Shown piece after piece: positions 49,394-58,904 of a stretch of 64,000 nucleotides of DNA (positions are counted from its first letter, which is position 1; each line of letters begins with the position of its first letter). This DNA is from Pirellulales bacterium. Its GTDB lineage: Bacteria; Planctomycetota; Planctomycetia; Pirellulales; PALSA-1355. The stretch is from the NCBI GenBank assembly GCA_963733035.1, contig CAVTBU010000009.1, positions 224,001 through 288,000 of the forward strand. The letters are read 5' to 3'. The position numbers and the translations under genes were made by a program. The notes under the pieces are model-generated. The model was given only the letters and a program-made list of their open reading frames with translations, searched no databases and had not been told where the DNA came from.

Positions 49394-52300
49394 ATGATGA
49401 AACCCAGTCGAACGACCTGGCGTGGCGCGCTCGTGCTGAGCGTCGTGGCATGGCTGTGTTGCCAGCACGCGGCCTTGGCGCAGCGCGAGTTGAAAGTGAT
49501 CCCCGACCCCGATCCGGAACTCGAACGCGAGACGTTTCAACTGGCCGAGGGGCTGGAGGTGAATCTCTACGCCGCCGATCCGCTGTTGGCCAAACCGATT
49601 CACATCAACTTCGACGCGCAGGGGCGGCTGTGGGTTGCCAGCAGCGAAATCTACCCGCACGTCAAGCCGGGCCAGGAGGCCAACGACAAGATCTTGGTGC
49701 TCGAAGACGTTGACAATGACGGCCAGGCCGAAAAGACGACCGTGTTTGCCGACGGTCTGTTGATTCCCACCGGCGTGGTGCCCGGCGACGGTGGCGCATA
49801 CGTGGCCAACAGTACCGAGCTACTGCATCTGGCGGACACCAATGGCGACGGTCGCGCGGACCAGCGGCGGGTGATGCTCTCAGGATTTGGTACCGAGGAT
49901 ACGCATCACATCATTCATACATTCCGCTGGGGCCCCGATGGAATGTTGTACTTCAATCAGTCGATTTACATTCATAGCCACATTGAAACCCCCTGGGGCG
50001 TGCGGCGGCTGAACAGCGGCGGCATTTGGCAATTCCGCCCCGAGACGATGCAACTAGAAGTGTTCGCCCGCGGGCTCTGCAATCCGTGGGGACACATCTT
50101 CGACCAATGGGGCCAATCGTTTGCCACCGACGGGGCGGGCGGCGAAGGCATCAACTACGTCTTTCCCGGCGTGGTGATGTTTACCTATGCCGGGGCCAAG
50201 AAAACCTCACCCGGCCTCAACCCGGGGAGCCCCAAACACTGCGGCCTGGAAGTGATCAGTGGCCGCCACTTCCCCGACCAGTGGCAAGGCAGCCTGGTGA
50301 CAAACGACTTTCGGGCGCATCGGGTCTGTCGCTTTACGCTCACGGAAGTCGGCTCGGGCTATTCCTCGAAGGAAGAACCCGAGATCATCAAGTCGACCCA
50401 TGCGGCATTCCGGCCGATCGACGCCAAGATGGGCCCGGACGGCGCCCTATACATCGCCGACTGGTACAACCCCATTATCCAGCACGGCGAAGTGGATTTT
50501 CGTGACGAGCGCCGCGATCACACGCATGGTCGTATCTGGCGGGTCACTTTCAAGGGACGGCCGCTCGTTGAAAAGCCGGGGGTAGCAAGTGCATCCATCC
50601 CCCAACTGCTGGAAATGCTGCTTGCGCCGGAGGAATTCACGCGTTCGCACGCCAAGCTGGAGCTCAAAGCCCGCGGGCCCTCGGACGTCTTGCCGGCGCT
50701 GGCAGGCTGGGTACAAGAGCTCGAACCCGAAGATCCGAAGTTCGAGCACGCGCGGCTAGAGGCCCTGTGGACCTATCAGTCGCTGGACGTCGCCCAAGGG
50801 GAACTTCTCGCCCAGCTGCTGTTGTCGCCCGATCATCACGTGCGTGCCGCCGCTACGCGCGTGCTCAGTGCCTGGCACAACCGGATACCGAATGCCGCCG
50901 ACTTGATGGCGAAGCTGGTTGAGGACGAACATCCGCAAGTTCGATTGGAAGCCGTTCGGGCGCTGGCTCTGCTGCAAACTCCGCAGGCGGCCGAAGTGGC
51001 GATGCGGGCGTTGGACCGCCCCGTTGACCGGTTTTTGGACCACGCTCTCTGGCTGACGGCTACCGATTTGCAGCCCTACTGGCTCCCGGCGCTCGAGGCC
51101 GGCCAGATCGATTTCGACGGCAATGTACGACATTTGACCTTCGTGTTGCAAGCCGCCGGTTCACCACGCGTGGTGGCGCCGCTGATGAATTTGATCGAGT
51201 CGGGAAAGTTGCCCCCCGAACGTCGCGAGAGTGTGTTGCAATTGATTGCGGCGCTTGGCGGGCCGGCAGAACTGCGCGTCGTGCTCGACCTGGCTCTGGC
51301 CGGAAACACACCAGCCGACCAGCGGGCGGCGTTGCTCGAAGCGCTTTCGAGCGCCACGCGGATGCGGAAGGTTCAGCCGGAGGGCGACCTCGCGGCGCTC
51401 GTCGCGTTGGTCAGCAACGACAGCCAAGCCCTGCAGTCGGCGGCGATTGAGGCCGCCGGCCTGTGGCACGTAGAAGCAGCTCGAGACAAGCTATTGGCCC
51501 TCGCCTCTTCATCGGAAACACAAGGAGACGTCCGCCGTGCCGCGCTCGACAGCCTGGCAGCTTTTGGCGCTAGCAGTACGGAACCGCTCACGACGCTTTG
51601 CTCCAACGGACAACCGCTGGCAATTCGAAGTCAGGCGATTGCCGCGCTGGCCGCGATCGACGTGAAGGCGGCGGCGGCGCAATTCGTGCAAATACTGAAG
51701 GATGAACACGAAGCCAATCCGGCGGGCATCGTGCCGGCGATACTCGATCGGAGCGGCGGCGCTGCCGCGCTGGCCGACGCCGTGAGTGGACAACATTTGC
51801 CGGCGGACGCCGCAAAGCTCGCCGTGCGAGCCGTGCGGTCGGCAGCGCGAGAAGAGCCCGCATTGGTGGCCACGCTGAGCACTGCCGGCGGCATTACGAG
51901 CCCTAAGCGAACTTTTTCGGCGGCGGAGCTCAAAGCGTTCCTCTCCGATGTGGCCACGCAAGGCGATCCAGAACGAGGTGAAGCGATCTTTCGCAGCAGC
52001 CAGCAGGCCTGCCTGAAGTGTCATGCCATCGCCGGCGCAGGGGGCCGGGTGGGACCAGACCTGGTATCGATCGGCGCTAGCGCCCAGCCCGACTATCTCG
52101 TGCAATCGATTCTCGAACCGAGCGCTAAGATCAAGGAGAATTATCACTCGCTGACAGTCGTCTCCGATGGCATCATCACCAGCGGCGTGAAGGTGCGCGA
52201 GACCGACTCTGAACTCGTGCTTCGTGATGCGGAGGACCGCGAGATCTCCATCCCGCTGGACGCGATTGAAGCCAAAAAAGAAGGAGGCTCAATCATGCCG

Positions 52301-52771
52301 GTCGGGCTGGCAGACGAGCTGACGCGCGGTGAGCTCGTCGACCTGGTTCGCTTCCTGTCGGAACTGGGCAAGGTCGGTCCCTACGCTGTCAGCAAGGCGC
52401 GACTTGCACGCCGCTGGGAAGTGCAAAACAAATCGATCGACACAAATAGTTGGACGAGTGTTTATAGCGCCGTCTCCGGCGGGCTGCCGTTGGCGTCGCT
52501 TCCGGAAAATGACGAGAAGACTCGTATCGTGCGGTGCCAGGTCGATGTGGCCGTGGGCGGAAAGGTCGAGGCCATTCTCAACGGTCCGGTCGAGAAGCTG
52601 TGGCTCGATGATGAGCCACTCGAAATCGCCGATCGCGTTCCGGTCATTTTGACCAGCGGCCTGCACGCATTCAAGCTCGAAGTTCGCCGGGACGGGGATA
52701 CTCCATTGCGGCTCGAACTGGCCGACGTCGACGGTTCCGAAGCGCAATTGCAATTCATCGGGGGCAAATAG
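49394..52771 (+). CDS. PVC-type heme-binding CxxCH protein (membrane-bound dehydrogenase propeller + HEAT repeats + cytochrome c)
   Basis: FDAQGRLWV, GFGTEDTHH, GPDGALYIADWYNPIIQHGE, HEAT repeats, CLKCH…VGPDL, SIMP. Confidence 0.92.
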   Translation: MMKPSRTTWRGALVLSVVAWLCCQHAALAQRELKVIPDPDPELERETFQLAEGLEVNLYAADPLLAKPIHINFDAQGRLWVASSEIYPHVKPGQEANDKILVLEDVDNDGQAEKTTVFADGLLIPTGVVPGDGGAYVANSTELLHLADTNGDGRADQRRVMLSGFGTEDTHHIIHTFRWGPDGMLYFNQSIYIHSHIETPWGVRRLNSGGIWQFRPETMQLEVFARGLCNPWGHIFDQWGQSFATDGAGGEGINYVFPGVVMFTYAGAKKTSPGLNPGSPKHCGLEVISGRHFPDQWQGSLVTNDFRAHRVCRFTLTEVGSGYSSKEEPEIIKSTHAAFRPIDAKMGPDGALYIADWYNPIIQHGEVDFRDERRDHTHGRIWRVTFKGRPLVEKPGVASASIPQLLEMLLAPEEFTRSHAKLELKARGPSDVLPALAGWVQELEPEDPKFEHARLEALWTYQSLDVAQGELLAQLLLSPDHHVRAAATRVLSAWHNRIPNAADLMAKLVEDEHPQVRLEAVRALALLQTPQAAEVAMRALDRPVDRFLDHALWLTATDLQPYWLPALEAGQIDFDGNVRHLTFVLQAAGSPRVVAPLMNLIESGKLPPERRESVLQLIAALGGPAELRVVLDLALAGNTPADQRAALLEALSSATRMRKVQPEGDLAALVALVSNDSQALQSAAIEAAGLWHVEAARDKLLALASSSETQGDVRRAALDSLAAFGASSTEPLTTLCSNGQPLAIRSQAIAALAAIDVKAAAAQFVQILKDEHEANPAGIVPAILDRSGGAAALADAVSGQHLPADAAKLAVRAVRSAAREEPALVATLSTAGGITSPKRTFSAAELKAFLSDVATQGDPERGEAIFRSSQQACLKCHAIAGAGGRVGPDLVSIGASAQPDYLVQSILEPSAKIKENYHSLTVVSDGIITSGVKVRETDSELVLRDAEDREISIPLDAIEAKKEGGSIMPVGLADELTRGELVDLVRFLSELGKVGPYAVSKARLARRWEVQNKSIDTNSWTSVYSAVSGGLPLASLPENDEKTRIVRCQVDVAVGGKVEAILNGPVEKLWLDDEPLEIADRVPVILTSGLHAFKLEVRRDGDTPLRLELADVDGSEAQLQFIGGK

Positions 52772-53856
52772 TGGGCTCGTCCTCCGCGTCCGCTGATGCG
52801 CCCGCATTTCTGTTTATCACCTGCCAGAACGGCGCTGAAGCCGCGCTCAAGGCTGAACTCGCGCGCGAACAGCCGAATTTTCACTTCGCCTACTCGCGCC
52901 CGGGGTTTCTCACATTCAAGCTGCCAGCGCGCATGATTGCGAGTTCCGTTTTCAAGCTCAACGCCGTTTTTGCCAGAGCCTGGGGCTTCACGATTGGAAG
53001 GGTCAAAGCGGAATCGCTCGAAACGGCCGCGAAGGAAGTCTGGAGCCAGGTCGACGGTCAGCGATTCGACGCGTTGCACGTTTGGCAGCGCGATTTGGCG
53101 GCCATTGGCGATCGCGGTTTCGAACCGCACGTTACGCCCGCGGCGCTGGCGGCCGAGGAGGCGCTTCGACGTCACGCAAATACCGACACGCTCAACCCGC
53201 CGCTCGCCCGAGTGGCCGAGCCAGGCGGCCATGTGCTGGACTGCGTTCTGGTGGAGCCGCACGAGTGGTGGATCGGCGAGCATTGGGCCGCTCACGACGA
53301 CTCCTGCTATCCCGGCGGATTACGTGAGGTTGCCAAGCCGACGGAGATGGTTTCTCGAGCGTATATCAAAATGCAGGAAGCCCTCGCATGGTCGGCGCTG
53401 CCGATTCAGTCGGGGCAGACTTGTGCGGAAATCGGTTGTGCCCCGGGGGGCGCCAGCCAATGTTTACTCGAACACGGGCTGAAAGTGATCGGCATCGATC
53501 CGGCGCGGATGGATGCCAGCGTGTTGGACCATCCGAACTTCACACACGTTCGCAAGCGCGGCGCTGATGTCCGCCGACGTGAGTTTCGCGGTGTCAGCTG
53601 GCTGACGGCTGATATGAACGTCGCGCCCGAATACACGCTCGACACGGTCGAAGCCATCGTCACGCACGAGACGGTCAACGTTCGCGGCCTGCTGCTCACG
53701 TTAAAGTTGCTTGACTGGAAGCTGGCGGACGAAATCCCCAGCTATTTGGCACGGATCAAACGGTGGGGCTATTCGCACGCTTCTGCCCGGCAGTTGGCCC
53801 ACAATCGCCAGGAGGTTTGCGTGGCGGCCACGCGACGGGCAAAGCGTCGCAAGTAG
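52771..53856 (+). CDS. RlmM/FtsJ-like SAM-dependent RNA methyltransferase
   Basis: AYSRPGFLTFK, VSRAYIKMQEA, EIGCAPGGAS, GIDPA, LTADMN, TLKL, HNRQEV. Confidence 0.85.
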   Translation: MGSSSASADAPAFLFITCQNGAEAALKAELAREQPNFHFAYSRPGFLTFKLPARMIASSVFKLNAVFARAWGFTIGRVKAESLETAAKEVWSQVDGQRFDALHVWQRDLAAIGDRGFEPHVTPAALAAEEALRRHANTDTLNPPLARVAEPGGHVLDCVLVEPHEWWIGEHWAAHDDSCYPGGLREVAKPTEMVSRAYIKMQEALAWSALPIQSGQTCAEIGCAPGGASQCLLEHGLKVIGIDPARMDASVLDHPNFTHVRKRGADVRRREFRGVSWLTADMNVAPEYTLDTVEAIVTHETVNVRGLLLTLKLLDWKLADEIPSYLARIKRWGYSHASARQLAHNRQEVCVAATRRAKRRK

Positions 53857-53870
53857 ACGAACCGCGAGCA

Positions 53871-54902
53871 TCAATAGTCGTACCAGATGCCGAAACCGAT
53901 GCGCTGTTCGAAGAGGTTGTAAAATTCGTACTGCGTGCTGGCACCGTTAACGTAGTTGAGTCCGATGCGGAAGGTTTTCATGGCTGCTCCGCCGCGCCAT
54001 TGCCAACCGGCCTGCACGACAAAGAAGCCACCGAAGTTCAGTTCCTGGCGAAGATCACAGTAAACCGCGGCGAACGGCGCACCACCCCGTATGGCCGGGC
54101 TGTAGTCGGCTCCAAACTGAAACTCCCAGGGTTTGGCACCACCATCGGGAGCAAACGCCCAATCGGCTTCCGCGAACAAGCGGAGGTCGTCGGTGTAATA
54201 GTAGCCGACGCCCAACATCCACGAATCGCGCATGTAGTTGATGCGGGTGAAAAACGTCGACGGATTTAAAATCATATACTCGTCACCGAGGTGAGAACTT
54301 ATGTGGTAGTAGCCCGTTTTGAACTGCCACTTACCCTGCGCGAAAACGAACGGAATGCCGACTCGATAGTCGCAGGAGATCAGCGGGGCGCTGAATTTGC
54401 TGGGCCAAATCCGCGGCATCGCCGCCGCTTCGATTTGCATTTCCCAGCCTTCCGGGCGATAGGCGTTGGGCGTGCCGTAGCGAATCAGGGAAACGCGGCC
54501 GCCCATCGTGGCATCCCATATCGAGCCAAACGCCGAGCTGTCGGTGGCCGCCACAGACAGCCGCGGCTCCTTGACACCCGCCAGGTAGGATCGCCACACC
54601 AACCCCTCGGGAAGCAACTGCCACACCCAGGGAAGGCTCGGGCTTTGGTTCACTGCCCTTTGTGTGCCGCGGATGAACGGTCGGTCATACCACCGGCGCG
54701 TCGACTGCAGCCAGTCACCATTCATTGGCAGGATTTCGTCGCTGGCAAGCACACCCTCCGGCGGCAGTTGCTGCCCACCGGAAACCGATGGAGGCGGCAG
54801 AGGCTCGATCGTGTGACCCGCCGCCAGCGAGGCTGTTAGCGATACCCCGCAGGCGATCAGCAGCACAAACGACGAACGACGGAGTTGGCGAATTCGGTGC
54901 AT
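53871..54902 (-). CDS. DUF1207-like outer-membrane beta-barrel protein
   Basis: YLAGVKEPR, DYRVGIP, YYHISSHLGDEY, C-terminal GIWYDY. Confidence 0.8.
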   Translation of the reverse strand: MHRIRQLRRSSFVLLIACGVSLTASLAAGHTIEPLPPPSVSGGQQLPPEGVLASDEILPMNGDWLQSTRRWYDRPFIRGTQRAVNQSPSLPWVWQLLPEGLVWRSYLAGVKEPRLSVAATDSSAFGSIWDATMGGRVSLIRYGTPNAYRPEGWEMQIEAAAMPRIWPSKFSAPLISCDYRVGIPFVFAQGKWQFKTGYYHISSHLGDEYMILNPSTFFTRINYMRDSWMLGVGYYYTDDLRLFAEADWAFAPDGGAKPWEFQFGADYSPAIRGGAPFAAVYCDLRQELNFGGFFVVQAGWQWRGGAAMKTFRIGLNYVNGASTQYEFYNLFEQRIGFGIWYDY

Positions 54903-55179
54903 CGTCGAAAGGGGGCGTCGGGCCGAGTGGCGGGGAGAAAGGCGCAATTAGCGAGCGGAAGCTGGCGTGACAGAAGCATTATCGGCAGTCTCGCTATAAC
55001 CGGCTCCAGTCGCATAAGCCCAATTGCCGTGCTAGCCCGACCCCCATGCCCCCGAATAACCGGCACGGCTTTCCCAAACTCCGGTTCGTTTTTGCCGCTA
55101 ACGCAGGTCAGCCAATCCAGCAGCAAAAAACGCCACCAATGTCGCGCTTGGGCGAACCGCCGAAAACCGTCAGACAGGC

Positions 55180-55881
55180 TCACGGCGCGAGGTCGAATAA
55201 CAGCACTTCCGCACGCTCGAGTGCGAGCAGGGCCAGGCTCGGCTGGCCGCTCACCGCCAGTGCATCGCCAGCCACCAATGGCTCGCCCGCCACTTCGACT
55301 TTGCCGCGAAGAACTTGCAGCCAGGCCTGTCGACCGTCTTGGAGATCTCGCTGGAGCCGCTGGCCGACAGCCAAATCCGCCAGGTAAATGCGGGCGTCTT
55401 GGTGAATCATTAACGATCCGTCGGCGGCATCTGGCGAAGCCACCAGCTGCCATGCCCCTTGTCGGACCTGCGGGTCGAATGCGTTCTGTTCATACCCAGG
55501 CTCGAGCCCCTGCCGATCAGGCAAGAGCCAGATCTGATACAAGTGCACTGGCTCGTCGGTCGAGGGATTGAATTCGCTGTGGCGAATTCCTCTGCCAGCG
55601 GTCATCCGCTGCAATTCTCCGGGCCTCAACACTGAGCCATTTCCCAGGCTGTCGCGGTGTTCCAAGGCGCCGGAAAGCACGTAAGTGACGATTTCCATAT
55701 CGCGGTGCCCGTGCATGCCAAATCCTTTTCCGGGTGCGACGCGGTCTTCGTTGATCACGCGCAACGACCCAAACTGCACATGCTGGGGATCGAAGTAGTC
55801 ACCAAACGAAAAGGTGTGGTAAGTGTCCAACCAGCCGTGGTTGAAATGTCCACGCTCGCTACCTCGTCGAATGGTCATCAT
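55180..55881 (-). CDS. Pirin family protein (YhhW-like)
   Basis: RGHFNHGWL.TYHTFSF, GFGMHGHRDMEI, MTAGRGIRHSE, LYQIW. Confidence 0.94.
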   Translation of the reverse strand: MMTIRRGSERGHFNHGWLDTYHTFSFGDYFDPQHVQFGSLRVINEDRVAPGKGFGMHGHRDMEIVTYVLSGALEHRDSLGNGSVLRPGELQRMTAGRGIRHSEFNPSTDEPVHLYQIWLLPDRQGLEPGYEQNAFDPQVRQGAWQLVASPDAADGSLMIHQDARIYLADLAVGQRLQRDLQDGRQAWLQVLRGKVEVAGEPLVAGDALAVSGQPSLALLALERAEVLLFDLAP

Positions 55882-55898
55882 GGTCAGACTCCCGCTAT

Positions 55899-55916
55899 TA
55901 GTTGACATATAAAGTA
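55899..55916. promoter_or_regulatory. Putative MarR operator upstream of pirin
   Basis: Imperfect palindrome TAGTTGACATATAAAGTA, similar to the site at 56489. Confidence 0.65.
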
Positions 55917-55969
55917 TTTAGGTAAAAAAACAGGCGGTGGAGGAAATGCCGTGCTCAACAGCGGTGCGG

Positions 55970-56450
55970 CTAAGGCTCGTCGTCCGGAAGATCTGCGCGC
56001 ACTTTGTCGAGCAGTCGCATAAGTTCGGCCAATTCGGTGCGCGAAAGGGTTCCCATTAGCTTCTGATGCAGCTCCACAAGCGGTCGGTCGATTTTGGCGA
56101 GCGTTTTGACGGCCTTGTCCGTGAGGGCCACGTAGATTACACGGCGATCTTCGGCAGAGCGTCCGCGCAACGAGGCCCGCAGATTCCAAGCGGTCAATGA
56201 GTCCAGTGATGCCCGGAACGACCGTGACCGTGCGTTCAGCAATCTCCAGAATGGGGAGCGGTCCCCCCTCGCCCCGCAGGATTCGCAACACATTGTATTG
56301 GGAGGGGGTTAGCCCAAACTTCCGAAAGAGTCGCGTGAACTGGATCTGCAAGCGATCATTCGTGCGCACTAACCCCAAGGCGGCTTCCTGTTCGGGTACG
56401 TCGAAGGGCCGCTTCTTCTTCAATTCGCGTTGGAGGCGCGTGCTGGTCAT
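55970..56450 (-). CDS. MarR-family regulator (frameshift at ~56163)
   Basis: GLTPSQYNVLRILRG, ITGLIDRLE.AGLV, then EDRRVIYVALT in the adjacent frame. Confidence 0.9.
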
Positions 56451-56488
56451 GGAAATTTATTTCGGCATTACAGGGTTCGCGACTCATT

Positions 56489-56518
56489 TAGTTTATATGT
56501 AAACCATTGTCCTGTCAA
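56489..56518 (-). promoter_or_regulatory. Sigma70 promoter overlapped by a putative MarR operator
   Basis: Minus strand TTGACA (56518-56513), 17 bp, TAAACT (56495-56490). Palindrome TAGTTTATATGTAAACCA at 56489-56506. Confidence 0.72.
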
Positions 56519-56560
56519 GTGCCTACAAAAATGAAACAGCCCCCTGCACAACTGGGCATC

Positions 56561-57352
56561 CTAGAGGGTGTGGACAAGGGTCCCGGAATAGAACCGCTCA
56601 AGGCCCTGGCCAGCCTCCAGCAGCAGGGCGCCGTCCGGCGCGATGCCGGCGCAGCGCCCTGTGGCGCGGCGGCCGGCTGCATCGATTGTCAGATCTTGGC
56701 CGACTTGCAGACAAAGCCGTTGAAAACGCTCGCCAAAGCCGGCCGGATCGGCCGCCGAGGCCCGCACCGCGGCTTGCAGTTGTCGCAACAAGTCGATCAG
56801 CAGCGCAGTGCGGTCCAGCGTATGGCCGGCTAGGTCACGGAGGCTCGTTGCCCGGGCAGCGACTTCCGGCGGCGCCCCGGCGAGCGAGTTGTTGACGTTC
56901 AGTCCGATGCCAACGACATGCCGTCCGCCGGCGAGCACATCGACCAAGATTCCGGCCAGCTTGCGGCCACCGGCGAACACGTCGTTCGGCCAGTGCAAGC
57001 CGACGTCGGCCCGCGGAACAAGCGGGGCAACCGTGTCGACGATCGAGACGCCGACGGCCAGCGAGCGCTGCGGCTGAAGCGCTGCGCTGAGCGACCAATC
57101 GGCCGGGTCGAACACGAGACTGAAAGCCAGGCTGCCGCCGCCGGTCCACCAGCGATTCTGCCCGCGGCCGCGGCCGGCGGTCTGGGCCTCGGCGATAACC
57201 ATCAGCGGGAGTCGGGTGTCGGCGATGCGCGCATGCTGGTGTGCCACGTCGTGCGTCGAGCCAATGGACTCAAAGTACTCCACGCGCGCGACGGGGCTTT
57301 CGGCGAGCAGTCTGGGCACATCGATGCGTTGGTCGATTGGATCGTTCGACAT
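56561..57352 (-). CDS. birA: Biotin-protein ligase (no HTH)
   Basis: GSTH, AEAQTAGRGRG, WPNDV, RKLAGIL, VGIGLNVN. Confidence 0.93.
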   Translation of the reverse strand: MSNDPIDQRIDVPRLLAESPVARVEYFESIGSTHDVAHQHARIADTRLPLMVIAEAQTAGRGRGQNRWWTGGGSLAFSLVFDPADWSLSAALQPQRSLAVGVSIVDTVAPLVPRADVGLHWPNDVFAGGRKLAGILVDVLAGGRHVVGIGLNVNNSLAGAPPEVAARATSLRDLAGHTLDRTALLIDLLRQLQAAVRASAADPAGFGERFQRLCLQVGQDLTIDAAGRRATGRCAGIAPDGALLLEAGQGLERFYSGTLVHTL

Positions 57353-57520
57353 CGCAAGCCATGCTAGCAAACCCCCGCTGGCTCGACTACATGGAGCGTG
57401 TCGGTCGTTGCGGCTCCAGACTTGAGCTTGACTGGCCAAGTTGCACTTGGTATTCAAATCCGCCCAATCAAGAACTCCGCCTTCGCCGGCGGACTCCCAT
57501 CTTCCGCACTCGGTTCCGAG

Positions 57521-58720
57521 TTGAAAGTAATTTGCCACACCGCCGGGTATTTGATCGCGCTGGCGACGCTGTGCGTCGGTCTAGCGACGCCTGCGCAAGC
57601 GCAGCGCGTGGAATTTCCCACGATGGTCGAACAGCCAAGCGTGCTGGCACCCAGCACGCCGTCGACTCAATGGACGGCCGCTCAGGGCACATTTGCTGCA
57701 CCGTCCAACTCGCCGCTGTCGTCCGTGCCGTACGACCCCTACACGCCGTCGCTGTCTCAAACGCCGTCGGCCGTGCCGCAAGCAACGTTTCCGCCCCCGC
57801 CCGCGTACTCGCCATACTCGCCGTCGCCATATGCGGCGCCGACCGCTTCGCCGACGCCGTACTCATCCTCGCCTTCGGCGCTATACCCCGAGGGCATCCA
57901 GTTTCCACAGCAACCGACCACGAACTGGAACCAGGCCCTGCGGCTGATGCAGGACGTGCGCGCGCGGTGGACGTGGCTGTCGCCCATGGGATCCAACTCG
58001 CTGGGCGTGAACGACGTGGAAACGAATGCCACATTCGCCGTACCGTTCTTCAAGACGACGTCTCCGTTAATGTTCACGCCGGGCTTTGGGATCCACTTTT
58101 GGCAGGGGCCGGTCACCCAACCACCGTATATGGCCCAGCTGCCTCCCAATACCTACGATGCGTACCTCGACACCGCCTGGTATCCGCAGGTCAACAATTG
58201 GCTCAGCGCACAGGTTGGCGTGCGGGTGGGTGCCTATACCGACTTCAACACGTTTACCACCCATAGCATTCGTATTATGGGCCGGGGTCTAGGCGTTGTC
58301 GCCATTACACCCACGTTGAAATTCGCGTTAGGCGTCGTGTACATCGATCGTGTGAAAATCAAGCTGCTGCCGGCTGGCGGCATTATTTGGGTTCCCAACA
58401 CCGACTCGCGATACGAAATTTTGTTTCCCAATCCGAGGCTGTCGCATCGCTGGACCACGCTCGGCAACACCGATCTCTGGTTCTACGGCACCGGCGAATA
58501 TGGCGGCGGATCATGGACCGCCGACATCGGCGGCGGCAGCAACCAGTTTGATTACAACGACATTCGCGTCGCCGGCGGCATTGAGTCGTTTGGGCTGCGT
58601 GGCCTGCACGCATACTTCGAAGTCGGCTACGTGTGGGACCGGCAACTCGTCTATCGCTACACTCTGCCACAATTCCCCGCGTCAGACACCATCATGTTGC
58701 GGGCGGGAATCGACTACTAA
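57521..58720 (+). CDS. Outer-membrane beta-barrel protein (DUF6268-like) with Pro/Ser/Thr/Tyr-rich N-terminal linker; start uncertain
   Basis: Signal peptide ending AQA, low-complexity linker, GVVYIDR…LLPAGGIIW.P, GEYGGGSW, EVGYVWDR, terminal IDY. Confidence 0.75.
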   Translation: MKVICHTAGYLIALATLCVGLATPAQAQRVEFPTMVEQPSVLAPSTPSTQWTAAQGTFAAPSNSPLSSVPYDPYTPSLSQTPSAVPQATFPPPPAYSPYSPSPYAAPTASPTPYSSSPSALYPEGIQFPQQPTTNWNQALRLMQDVRARWTWLSPMGSNSLGVNDVETNATFAVPFFKTTSPLMFTPGFGIHFWQGPVTQPPYMAQLPPNTYDAYLDTAWYPQVNNWLSAQVGVRVGAYTDFNTFTTHSIRIMGRGLGVVAITPTLKFALGVVYIDRVKIKLLPAGGIIWVPNTDSRYEILFPNPRLSHRWTTLGNTDLWFYGTGEYGGGSWTADIGGGSNQFDYNDIRVAGGIESFGLRGLHAYFEVGYVWDRQLVYRYTLPQFPASDTIMLRAGIDY

Positions 58721-58904
58721 GTGCCGATGGCGCCGCCGTTCGATCAACGTGGTCGTTGCCGTAACGCCGGTGCAACACTGCGGTGGAAGCAGCGGTTGAA
58801 ATCGGGTCGGCCCGCAATTTATCATTAGAGGAGCACTAGCACAGCTCCTTCGTCCAGCGCGCCGGTGTGCGTCCCGCCTTGTATCTTCCCCGCTGAGGAA
58901 CCTC

